DNA of 64,000 nucleotides from a virus: IMG/VR virus record IMGVR_UViG_2802429064_000003; one strand, 5' to 3'. Shown piece by piece: positions 38,101 to 46,672 of this stretch (position 1 is its first letter; each line of letters starts with the position of its first letter). The notes under the pieces were generated by a model. It saw only the letters and a program-made list of their open reading frames with translations, ran no database searches and was not told where the DNA came from. The position numbers and the translations under genes were made by a program.

Positions 38101-38205
38101 GAATTCCATGCGGGCAAACTTTCTCCAGATCGCGTCAAATTACTTGAGTCACTGCCGGGATGGAGCTGGAGTCCCCGCGTGAAGAAGAAAGTGAAAGCCG
38201 CATGA
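35101..38205 (+). CDS. DEAH-box superfamily-2 helicase with a C-terminal array of 8 tandem HA domains
   Basis: GTG in a GTGA overlap with the upstream gene. Walker A ACGTGKTL, motif II VVCDEAHRTAG, a helicase C-terminal domain, then eight 65-aa repeats each ending LESLPGWSWDV. Confidence 0.75.
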   Translation: MKGHVKATTVPAPKLRVRPPNPLRQHQIDALTAVQTDVARQQLIMACGTGKTLTGQHAVAKLLGEQPGTVLVLVPTLSLLEQTFQAWAAYAPFGFDSIAVCSKLTPAEKRSVGTEDDTDTGQLALAATTEPAELADFLAGQERTTRVVFGTYQSLDTVIAAHADHGAEPWSVVVCDEAHRTAGAKAKPFARALHDEFVPARRRLFLTATPRVHTVSEKESGSEKSTLLASMDDETLYGKQVYTLSVAEAIEKNILSQYRVAVIGVEDAELQAAVRTLETVKVAGSDLSLDHVASIVALSKAAQQYGLQAIIAFFNSIKSSKSFRDAFNTVHESRVGEHLAEGVAEHIDGAMKLEKRRAALTRLAQNRDNGFYLVSNARCLSEGIDVPVLDAVFFGEPRSSQIEVVQCVGRAIRKNPRHDNPALIVIGVRIGAGEDIEAAVDESQFKKIRQVIAALSDHDPRIAEAARVLARSGGSNPDDSVHEKTDWAKDLLALEVPEALLHNGFGLRMLDVRNRDWEKRFAQVSQHAQRTGNVIFANTDPCGSWINKQRMKFREGRLPVERSRRLESLPGWSWDVLTDQWEMRFVEVSRRAQRVGTVAFPHGSPQSAWVTNQRKAFSDGRLPVERSRRLESLPGWSWDVLTDQWEMRFAEASQRAQHVGNLAVSRNQPLGKWIANQRRRFHTGSLCAERIKRLESLPGWSWDVLTDRWEKMFVEVSRHAHLRGNVTFPSKDPRGTWVTKQRKSFRAGTLSAERIKRLEALAGWSWDVISAQWEKMFVEVSRHAHLRGNVTFPSKDPRQVWVSQQRTTHLRAGTLSLERIKRLESLPGWSWDVISAQWEQRFAEVSRHAHLTGNVTFPSNDPRMLWVYTQRKSFQVNKLSAERIKRLESLPGWSWDVLTDQWEQMFEVIHHHSRLTGRIAFDRRDTRTYWIQVQRQRFRAGTLSPERIKRLEALSGWTWDVLADQWEQSYAEVCRYAERTGNVTFPDRNPLRSWVSRQRREFHAGKLSPDRVKLLESLPGWSWSPRVKKKVKAA
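36649..38169 (+). repeat. Tandem 195-bp coding repeats (8 units, up to about 85 bp identical between units) encoding HA domains
   Basis: For example 36763-36850 is nearly identical to 36958-37045. Read directly from the sequence. Confidence 0.7.
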
Positions 38206-38882
38206 CCGCCCCAGGTACTCAAGGCGGATTCAACCGCTTAGCTGTGCTCGACATCGAGACAACCGGACTGAACGCCAGCAGCGATTCGACGCTCGAGGTC
38301 GGAATCGTCATCGTCGACTCCAAGCTTCGCGAGATTGCGCACCACTGTGTCCTGATCGCATCGGCGGAGAACGTGGCGTGGGCCAAGCTTGCTCTCGAGC
38401 AAGCAGGTAGAGGTGCTCCGATGACTTTCGCGCAGACTATGCACCTGAACAATGAGCTGATCTCCGACTTGTGCTCGCCGATCAACTTCAGGCGATTCCT
38501 TGGGCTCGAGACGTCGACGGTTGTCATCGACTACCAACTCGCTGCTGATCGCCTCTGTGCCTTCCTCGATGAGCAAGGGATCCTCGAACCTGTACCGCTA
38601 GTGGGTAGTTCCGTGCGATCGCTTGATGGGCCATTCCTGGAGCGGTATATGCCGAAGCTGTTCTCTCGCTTCACGCACCGCACGATCGATGCCTCGGCGC
38701 TCACCGAACTCACACGGTTCATTGACCCGCCGGGGTATGAGGCGTTGGCCGCGGCGACACCGGAATCTGGTCATCGTACGGTGGAGGACTGTCGACGCTC
38801 CATCGGGATCATCCAGGCTTTCGCCCGGCGGTACGGAATTGGTTCGCTCCCAGAGCTGGAACAAAACACACCTGTCAGCTGA
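38202..38882 (+). CDS. DEDDh 3-prime to 5-prime exonuclease, oligoribonuclease (Orn)-like
   Basis: ATGA overlap with the helicase stop. LAVLDIETTGLN (exo I), then GHRTVEDCRRSIG (exo III with His) near the C-terminus, and an Orn-like length of 226 aa. Confidence 0.6.
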   Translation: MTAPGTQGGFNRLAVLDIETTGLNASSDSTLEVGIVIVDSKLREIAHHCVLIASAENVAWAKLALEQAGRGAPMTFAQTMHLNNELISDLCSPINFRRFLGLETSTVVIDYQLAADRLCAFLDEQGILEPVPLVGSSVRSLDGPFLERYMPKLFSRFTHRTIDASALTELTRFIDPPGYEALAAATPESGHRTVEDCRRSIGIIQAFARRYGIGSLPELEQNTPVS

Positions 38883-39029
38883 CAAAGACCTGATCCAGCA
38901 CGGCGTCGGCTGTGCGGCCGAGTCTTTCGCCGAATTCAGTCGCGGCTATTGCGCGGGCCGTTAGCGCATCCTCGGCCTCGACGTGAACCGTGTGTTCCGA
39001 GTCCGGGTGTATCGCCTTGAACTGCATTG

Positions 39030-39227
39030 CTATGCCACCTCCGTGATGGTGATTCCAGGGAGTATGTCAGCCGCGTGGACAGCTGTGCCATCACCGCGGC
39101 GCCACAGAATCCCCGCGACATGCACAGCTGCGAGTGACCGCGCGACGTCGTGGCCGCTGAGCGTGCTGATGGTGGTCTCTTTCAGATCCGCTGGCAGATC
39201 AGGATGGGCGACGGTGTATATGGCCAT
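39030..39227 (-). CDS. Small hypothetical protein (65 aa), followed by a further unlisted 50-aa minus-strand ORF at 38877-39027
   Basis: Two small tandem ORFs convergent with the helicase operon. No motifs. Weak evidence. Confidence 0.25.
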   Translation of the reverse strand: MAIYTVAHPDLPADLKETTISTLSGHDVARSLAAVHVAGILWRRGDGTAVHAADILPGITITEVA

Positions 39228-39381
39228 GGCCGCACAGTCGCATCTGCAGGGCCCAAATCAGCTGTCCGGCGCGAGATTGCATGCAGGGCAACATCTGGGC
39301 TAGCTGACGCATAGCAGCCGAGCGGGAGTTAATGCTCCCGGTGTCGAATCCGAGGGGACCTGACACCGGGAGCGTCCTTCG

Positions 39382-41383
39382 TCAGCTAACGGCGAGATCG
39401 ATCTTGAATGTGCGGATCAGTTCGTCGATGGCGCCGTTGACATCGTCAGTCGTGAGTAGCAGTAGATCCAGATCAGTCAGGGTCAACAATTCCGCGCCAG
39501 CGAGTCGACTCGCAGCACGATGTTGCGCGCGCTCACAGATGCTGGAAGCGAAGCGCCCGTTGCCGAGTACGTCGAGCATCGATGATCCACGACCGTTGAG
39601 CGTGGCGCGGAGCTTCGTAGCGGTCTCAAGGAACCTCTCACGTGCCCCGGCGTCGATCACTCGGCCGCTCTGTTCTGCATGCCGAACGAGAATTTCCCAA
39701 AGTTGTTCGGAATCTGCAGGGGCGAAACGAATCTGGTGCTGCAGGCGAGTGCGGACACTGGGATTGTCGTTGAAGAACCGCTCGAGGGATGGTTCATCGC
39801 CGCTGAATATCACTACAAGTTCGCCTTTGTTGCCGTCCATGAAGTCCAGCAAGGCGCTCAAGGCATCTGCGCCGAAGGGGTCTCCTCCAAATCCTCGCTG
39901 CTGAATGAGTTCATGCGCGTTCTCCAAGAGGATGACCCCGCCCCGTGCTTCTTCCAGGACTTTCCGTGTCTTTACTGCTGATTCACCCTCGACGGTGCCG
40001 ACCAATGAAGACCGGTTCGCCTGCACGAGGCTATCCCTTGTGGTGACACCGGCCCGGAACAGCTCGTGTGAAAGCGCCTTTGCCGCCAGTGTTTTCCCTG
40101 TTCCCGACGGCCCGGTGAATGCGAAGTTCATGGCACGAGGGGAGCGCGGCATGCCGCGCCGCACCAGCTCTGCCTCGATGCGTGCTGAGGCGATCAGGGC
40201 GCGGCTCTGATCCTTGAAATCGTCCAAGCCGATCAACGTGTCGAAACCCCAACGGCGCTTCGGGAGTTGAATGATCTGATAGCTCGGGCGCGGCATGGAC
40301 ACTACGACTTTGAGCAGTTCCTGTACGTACTCAGCTGGCGAGGAAATCCAGAAGATCCGCAGTGACGTAAGGGCGCCAGCTCCGACAGCGGGGAGCGTGT
40401 GGAGGAGGGCAGATCCGATCGGCTGGCCGTGAAGAGTCGAGGCATCGGCGCCGAACAATGTCCGGCTGCGCGTTGGCGAGCCCGTAACCAGACTCAGGCT
40501 CGAAGTGACGTGCTGGCTTAGTTCGGAATCAAAATTACCTTGATCGATGAGCAGAACGTGTATGCCCAGTGACCGGCCGACCCTGAGCACGCGCAAGATG
40601 CGCTTTTCGAGCGACTCGGTATTGCGCACAACGGTACGTACTTCTTCGATCGCAACTAGAAGATCCGGCAACGGATCGGCGCTGCTGGCTTCCACCAGTT
40701 GGCGATACTCGCCTATGTCTTTTACTCCGTGTCTGGTGATTCGATCAGCGCGGCGGGCGATCTCGGCATCCAACTGGTCCAACAGGGCCGTCAGACCTGC
40801 TCGATCTGTTGATGAATCTGAGAGCCAGGCCGCGGTATGGGGCAGCTGTGCAAGTCGATCGAAATACGGGTGGTGCACACCGCCGCCGATGAGGACGAAC
40901 TGTAGGCGGTCAGGGCTGTATAGCGCTGCCAGGCCGGTGAGCAAGACTTCGCTTGCAACCGACCTGCCGCTGCCGGTGCGTCCAGTGATCAACACGTGGG
41001 GGCCGTTGCCGCCCAGTTTGGCCTCGGCGAGATCTAGCCAGACCGATTCTGGGGAATCGCTGAACTTGAAATTGTCATCGACGCTCATTCCGATAGGAAC
41101 TCGCAGGCTCTGTTCGGTGTCGGAATTGGCCCAGCGGGCTGCGAGTTCGTTGGCGGTTGGGATGCCGCCGAGCGCGCGTAGCCACGCCTGCGGGCCTGCC
41201 GGGTCGTCCCCGTCTGCCAGGGCAGTTGCCGACATCGGCGGCGGACCTGCCGGTGTATCGGACGCGGCGATCGGAACTAGGTCTTGGTCTCGAACGATTT
41301 CGAGAGCCTGCTGATATTTGACTCCCGGGTGCGCTGCCATGTACTCGCGGGCGCTCTTCTTGAGGCGTGCTGAATCGACCATG
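39382..41383 (-). CDS. Fusion ATPase: N-terminal FtsK/SpoIIIE-like (EccC-like) P-loop domain plus C-terminal CbbX/CfxQ-type AAA+ domain (EccA-like)
   Basis: GGAGGT RBS before the ATG at 41383. The N-terminal half has GPHVLITGRTGSGRS and a Walker B GIHVLLIDQ. The C-terminal half has FTGPSGTGKT...VILLENAHEL...DFMDG...LVVIFSG, typical of CbbX-family AAA proteins. Confidence 0.7.
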
Positions 41384-41645
41384 AGAGATGTACCTCCTGC
41401 TTCACGCGGACGTGGGCTACCGGCGCCGCGACCACCTGCCACATCCGCAGAGGACAGGGTTCATTCGGTGCCACGGCTCCTATGGGGGCTGACCGCCGGG
41501 ATGGCCGGGGTCGCGGCCCGGCCGTCACGGCTCCCGCCACGTGGCGCGGCGATTGACGGGCAAGCTACGGGCACACATCCGGGGCCGACGAATGCGACAC
41601 GACTGCGCGGCACGCCGAAGGAAAGCGAGTCATACCGCAATTGAC

Positions 41646-41662
41646 TTCTCTAAAACAGAGAA
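41646..41662. promoter_or_regulatory. Operator/promoter palindrome TTCTCTAAAACAGAGAA
   Basis: Located 57 nt upstream of the GTG at 41720. TACGAT follows as a -10-like hexamer. Confidence 0.6.
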
Positions 41663-41719
41663 TACGATCGGGTCGATACGTCGCGATGTACGCGGCGAAA
41701 ACCGAAAGGGAGTTCTCTC

Positions 41720-42655
41720 GTGGGGACCACGATCTTCATCGCCATTCTGTTTCTAACCGCAATCGGCGCCTTCGCTGTAGCTGTCAAGTCGGGCCGGCAG
41801 GCCAGGCTCGCAGAACGGAAGGGAGCCCAGAGCGTGTACAAGAAGAAAGCGGACACGAGCTTCTGGGCGTGGTGCGTGAGCGCCGTCGTCGGTTTTGTGG
41901 CGGTCCTGAGTCTGGTCTTGTCGAGCATCACGCTGGTAAGCACCAAGAACATCGGTGTGGTCACGACCTTCGGCCGGCCGAGTCAGTTCCTCGACAACGG
42001 ACTGCATCTCACCGCGCCCTGGCAGGAAGTCACTGAACTGGATGGCGCGATCCAGACGGACAACCACATCGACGAAGGCGATAAGAAGACCGCCATTGAC
42101 GCGCGATTGGGCAACAACTCAACCGCACGCGTCGACTCGACCGTGGTGTGGCGCCTGAAGCCGGAGGCAGCGCCCAGCCTGTTCCAGGATTACCGGGGCT
42201 TCGACGCGATTCGCGACAACCTCGTGACCCGTGAGTTCACTGCCGCGATCAACGATGTACTCGCCGGGTACAACCCACTGACTCAAGTCGGCGAGGGCGA
42301 CGGAGCCATCAACGGCAAGCTGGCCACCATGGTGCTTGACAAGCTCAAGGCCAAGGTAGGCAACCGCATCGAGGTGATCGGCGTCAACATCCCAGTCATT
42401 CACTTCGATGACCGCACCCAGCTGTCGATCAACAACCTACAGACCGAAATCGCCAACACCAAGATCGCGCTGCAGCGGCAGAAGACCGCAGAGGCAGAGG
42501 CTGAAGCGAACCGCATCCTGTCCCAGTCGGTGAGTCACGACCCGAACGTCTTGGTGAGCAAGTGCCTGGATCTGGTGCGCGAGAAGGGCGGCAGCCCCGC
42601 CGGCTGCTGGCCGGGCAGCGCGGGCGCAGTCGTCGCGATTCCTGGGCAGAAGTGA
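41720..42655 (+). CDS. SPFH/band-7 (stomatin/prohibitin/HflK-C family) membrane protein
   Basis: N-terminal TM helix, then the SPFH core (NIGVVTTFGRPSQFLDNGLHLTAPWQEV...STARVDSTVVWRL) and a coiled-coil tail QRQKTAEAEAEANRI. GAAAGGGAG RBS. Confidence 0.7.
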   Translation: MGTTIFIAILFLTAIGAFAVAVKSGRQARLAERKGAQSVYKKKADTSFWAWCVSAVVGFVAVLSLVLSSITLVSTKNIGVVTTFGRPSQFLDNGLHLTAPWQEVTELDGAIQTDNHIDEGDKKTAIDARLGNNSTARVDSTVVWRLKPEAAPSLFQDYRGFDAIRDNLVTREFTAAINDVLAGYNPLTQVGEGDGAINGKLATMVLDKLKAKVGNRIEVIGVNIPVIHFDDRTQLSINNLQTEIANTKIALQRQKTAEAEAEANRILSQSVSHDPNVLVSKCLDLVREKGGSPAGCWPGSAGAVVAIPGQK

Positions 42656-42717
42656 CGACACGAGCGTCGACGTCATCGCAGCTGCCGGCTGCCAGAGGTG
42701 GTGGGAAGAACGGCCCG

Positions 42718-45700
42718 ATGAGCGACATGACTGAGCTACTCATAGCCGACTCTATGACTGAACCAGTTCCTGGTCCCCGACGGCATCAACGAGGTCCGCG
42801 CTCACATCAAACTGAGGCGCTGAACAGCCTCGCCGCTGTATTAGATTCGGTTCCTCGCGCCCAGCTGGTCATGTCCTGCGGAACCGGCAAGACCCTTGTC
42901 GGTCGCTGGCACGCCGAACGAATCGGCGCAGCGGTGACTGCCGTCGTGGTGCCATCACTGAGCCTGATCGCGCAAACTCTGGCCGAATGGCGATCGGTGC
43001 CAGGCTGGCCGTTCGAGGCCTTGATCACCTGCTCGGACCGCACCACCGCGGACGGTGAATACGAACGGGCAGCTGGGGATGGGCAGGACGTCAGTGCCTC
43101 ATACTGGGCATCACTGCGGGCCCGCGTCACCACCGAGAGTGCCATTGTCGCCAATCGCTTGCGCGATCACAGCCCCTCCCGGCCTTTGGTCGTGTTCTCG
43201 ACGTACCACTCGGTGCACGTGGTTGCCGACGCCGCTAGGCGCGCCGGTGTCGTCATGGATCTGGTTGTCGCCGACGAGGCACACACACTGGCTGGCCGGC
43301 CCCGGCCTGAATTCCGGATCGTGCTGGAGGAAAAGCTCCCCGCTCGCACTCGAGTGTTCATGACGGCAACTCAGGTACTCGCCGAAACAGAACCCCACAG
43401 TGAGTATTTCGAGGATTGGTCAGCTCCGCTGTCGATGTCCGACGAGAAGCTCTTCGGGCCGGTGGCCTACCGCCTCGATTTCTCTGCTGCAATCGCACGA
43501 GACCTGTTGTCCGACTATCGGGTTCTGGTCTATGAAACCTCGGGCGAAAATCTCACACCGGATCCCGTCTCCGCGTTGATCGCAGGAGCGCGTGAAGGTA
43601 TCGGCAAGGTGCTGAGTTTTCACGGTCGCGTCGGCAAGGCGCGGGCATTTGCCGCTGCGATCGACGGCATCACCTTGCCAGACGGACGCACCGTCGTCGC
43701 ACGGTCTGTTGCCGGCAAAGACCCCACCCGCCAACGGATGCAGGCACTGGAGCTGCTTAGAAGTGCCAGGCCCGAGCAGATGGTCGTGGTGTGCAGCGCG
43801 AGGTGTCTGGCCGCGGGTGTCGACATTCCGGCAGTCGACGGTGTGCTGTTCGCCGATCCAAAGAATTCGGACGTCGACGTGATTCAGGCTGTCGGCCGTG
43901 CACTGCGCAAGTCGCCGGGAAAGAGCCACGGAGTCATCATGATTCCGGTCTGCATCCCTCGGGATCTCGACGAGGACACCGCGCTGTCTACCGGTGCGTT
44001 TTCCGCGGTGTGGCGCGTGCTGCGTGGCCTGCGGGCAATGGACGACCGGCTCGCCAGAGAGCTGGATGAGGTTCTCCGAGCGCCGTCACGTCGAGGTATC
44101 AGGGATGGATCACGGCTGCTCTCCCATATCGAATTCAACGTCCCGTCGATCACCGACGTGAGCCTGCTGAACAACAAGATCGTCGATTTCGTCTCTCCAG
44201 CGTGGGATCTGTTCTACACCGAGCTCGAGCAGTTCGTCGCCGAGCACGGGCACGCCCGACCTGAGCGAAACACCAAGCTGGGCAGGTGGTGTGAACGCCA
44301 GCGCATGATGTACCGCACGGGCATGCTGATCGACGATCGAAGGGCCCGGCTGCGTGCCCTTCCCGGCTGGACCTGGGACGTGGCTGAACAGCGATGGATC
44401 GAGCAGTGGGCACAGGTCGCCGATCTGTTCAGGCGCCATGGGGAATCACTGCTCACCGATCCGGAACTAGCGGTGATACCCATTGACGCCGGGGTGTTAT
44501 CGCGCAAGTGCCGTGCCTCGACAGTGGGCCGATGGTGTGCGTGGAACCGCCAGCTTGCGCGCCGCGGTGACTTGAGCGACTGGCAGGCCGACAAACTCAA
44601 TGAGGTCGACAGTTGGGCCTGGGCGCTGATCACCGAAACCGACGCTGCTGCTGTCGACCTTCTCGGTGAATACGTCGCCTGGAAAGGTCACGCCAACCCG
44701 CCGCCTGACGTGGTGGAGGACGACATCGAGCTGGGCCGCTGGCTCAACGAAATCCGTCGTCAGCGGGTCACCGGCCGGTTGAGTCAGCCGCTGCTCGATG
44801 AGATCGAGATGGTCACTCCCGCTGATTCTGCTGGTGGTGCTCTGCGCTGGTATCGAGTTGAGATGCAATGGCTTCTGGGAATTGAGGCCTTGCGCCAATT
44901 CCGCGCTCGCGAAGGCCATCTCCGAATACCAGAAAAGCACACGGAGGCGCTGCCCGACACCACGATTCCCCTCTACGACTGGTGCACACGGCAACGGTAC
45001 TTCTACCGGCATGGCCAGATGCCGCCTGCTCGGGCCCAGGCGCTTGAGCGTGTCGACGGATGGTTGTGGGAACGTCAGCCTGCGCCTCGCGTCCTCATGG
45101 ATATCGGTGATGCCAGGCACGGTACCCGTACCGGATACGTGAAGGGTTGCAAGTGCGAAGAGTGCACCGAAGCGAATCGGACGAAGGCGCGTGAGCGCAT
45201 CGCTCGTTCCGTCGCTGGCAGGCCGACCACCGATTGGGTCAGCGCAACTCGCGCCAGGATGCACCTGGCGGCTCTCGATGCTCAAGGTGCACAACAGAAG
45301 TCACTGGCGCGAGCCAGTGAACTGAATGTCAAGACCATCGTGGGCGTGCTCAGTGGTACGACGAAACGGATTCTTCCTGAAACCGAGACGGCCATCTTGG
45401 CATTGACCTTCGGCGCCGTGCAGGCCGCTGTCGCTCCTGGGACATCGATCGATGGCGGTCCCACTTGGGTGCTTCTCGACGACCTCATTGCCCGAGGGTG
45501 GCCGAAGGCGTGGATCGCCCGAGAGATCGGCAAAGGCACAGAGAAATCTCTCCAGCTGCGCCGAGATTCGGTGACTGCCGGCCATGCCAAGGCCGTCGCT
45601 CGACTCTACGAGCGTCTCGGTGAGCGGAAACCACAGTCATGGCGACGTTGCAAACAACTACCCACCCTCGACGAGATTCTGGCCGAGTCCCCGAACGAGC

Positions 45701-45885
45701 CGGCACATCCGGCATTGGCTGTGGCTCCGGGGTCAGGTACTTCCGAAAGTTCTGGAAATCAGAATCGTTGGGCTAAGCAGCTATTGGATCAGGGCTACTC
45801 GATTCAGCACATTGCAAAGCGCTGTGCAATGACGGAAGCCCAGGTCAAGTCGCTGACCGCCACCGATCGGAGGATGCCAGCATGA
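42718..45885 (+). CDS. Second DEAH-type SF2 helicase with an HA domain and a long C-terminal extension
   Basis: Walker A SCGTGKTL, motif II VVADEAHTLAG, a helicase C-terminal domain, the HA domain FVAEHGHARPERNTKLGRWCERQRMMYRTGMLIDDRRARLRALPGWTWD, and a Cys cluster GCKCEECTEANRTKA. Confidence 0.7.
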   Translation: MSDMTELLIADSMTEPVPGPRRHQRGPRSHQTEALNSLAAVLDSVPRAQLVMSCGTGKTLVGRWHAERIGAAVTAVVVPSLSLIAQTLAEWRSVPGWPFEALITCSDRTTADGEYERAAGDGQDVSASYWASLRARVTTESAIVANRLRDHSPSRPLVVFSTYHSVHVVADAARRAGVVMDLVVADEAHTLAGRPRPEFRIVLEEKLPARTRVFMTATQVLAETEPHSEYFEDWSAPLSMSDEKLFGPVAYRLDFSAAIARDLLSDYRVLVYETSGENLTPDPVSALIAGAREGIGKVLSFHGRVGKARAFAAAIDGITLPDGRTVVARSVAGKDPTRQRMQALELLRSARPEQMVVVCSARCLAAGVDIPAVDGVLFADPKNSDVDVIQAVGRALRKSPGKSHGVIMIPVCIPRDLDEDTALSTGAFSAVWRVLRGLRAMDDRLARELDEVLRAPSRRGIRDGSRLLSHIEFNVPSITDVSLLNNKIVDFVSPAWDLFYTELEQFVAEHGHARPERNTKLGRWCERQRMMYRTGMLIDDRRARLRALPGWTWDVAEQRWIEQWAQVADLFRRHGESLLTDPELAVIPIDAGVLSRKCRASTVGRWCAWNRQLARRGDLSDWQADKLNEVDSWAWALITETDAAAVDLLGEYVAWKGHANPPPDVVEDDIELGRWLNEIRRQRVTGRLSQPLLDEIEMVTPADSAGGALRWYRVEMQWLLGIEALRQFRAREGHLRIPEKHTEALPDTTIPLYDWCTRQRYFYRHGQMPPARAQALERVDGWLWERQPAPRVLMDIGDARHGTRTGYVKGCKCEECTEANRTKARERIARSVAGRPTTDWVSATRARMHLAALDAQGAQQKSLARASELNVKTIVGVLSGTTKRILPETETAILALTFGAVQAAVAPGTSIDGGPTWVLLDDLIARGWPKAWIAREIGKGTEKSLQLRRDSVTAGHAKAVARLYERLGERKPQSWRRCKQLPTLDEILAESPNEPAHPALAVAPGSGTSESSGNQNRWAKQLLDQGYSIQHIAKRCAMTEAQVKSLTATDRRMPA

Positions 45886-45949
45886 TCACACACACAGAGC
45901 GAACGGAGTGATCCGATGTCTGAATCCACAGAGGATATCCATGAGCGAT

Positions 45950-46357
45950 GAATCGAAGATGCCGTGGTTTTTGCGATGGTTTGAGGCGCGCCCACGGGTA
46001 ATCGCATTGCAGGGTGTTGCGTTGGCAGGTGCGGTCTTTGCCGGTGTGTGGTTCTTCCCCTTGCAAAGCAATCTTCTGTTTGGCACACCGCCCAAGTCGA
46101 TTCCATGGTCGTATTTCCACTCCGCTGAGCAGCTGAACGATTTCATGTCGCGCCGGTCGGGTACGCGCGTGCGGCAGGGGACTGATTGGTGGTCCGTCGA
46201 AGTTACGCGGCCCGTCAGTGGATTCGGCGCTGACTCGGTCCCATGTACGCGAGTGCTTCGGACTGTCGCTGATGGGAAGACCATCCTCATTGACGGGGAC
46301 TGGCGCTACAACAGCGACGGATTCCGTGTCTGCCGATACCCCGGTGACGGCCGCTGA
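45950..46357 (+). CDS. Hypothetical membrane-anchored protein
   Basis: N-terminal hydrophobic segment VIALQGVALAGAVFAGVWFF. Confidence 0.4.
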   Translation, partial: ESKMPWFLRWFEARPRVIALQGVALAGAVFAGVWFFPLQSNLLFGTPPKSIPWSYFHSAEQLNDFMSRRSGTRVRQGTDWWSVEVTRPVSGFGADSVPCTRVLRTVADGKTILIDGDWRYNSDGFRVCRYPGDGR

Positions 46358-46381
46358 GATGTCCGAACGAATGGTGCACAC

Positions 46382-46672
46382 ATGGCTGACATCGGGTGGA
46401 ACGCGGACATCTGGGTGGGTGTCGCGGGGTGGTACTGCCGCGACTGCGGCGCCAAGGGCAGCGGGGGTAGACCGGAAGCAGAGCCGGCTGCGCGAGAACA
46501 TGCCTGTGATCCCGATGTCGGGTGTGCGTGCCCACATGAAGAGCTGTGCAGGACAACCGAATGCACCCAGTGCTGCCGCTTCGACATCACACCGGAACCG
46601 ACCGATTGCCATAACCCAGCAGAGCCCTGGGCATTTAACACCGATCACCCAGTAGCGCAAGGAGACTCATGA
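46382..46672 (+). CDS. Small Cys-rich hypothetical protein
   Basis: WYCRDCGAKG...CACPHEELCRTTECTQCC. Confidence 0.4.
   Translation: MADIGWNADIWVGVAGWYCRDCGAKGSGGRPEAEPAAREHACDPDVGCACPHEELCRTTECTQCCRFDITPEPTDCHNPAEPWAFNTDHPVAQGDS

Noticed and set aside
36649-38169. Regularly spaced repeats that might be mistaken for a CRISPR array
   Set aside because: The repeats are 195-bp coding units within one long ORF and encode HA protein domains. There are no short repeat/spacer units and no cas genes.
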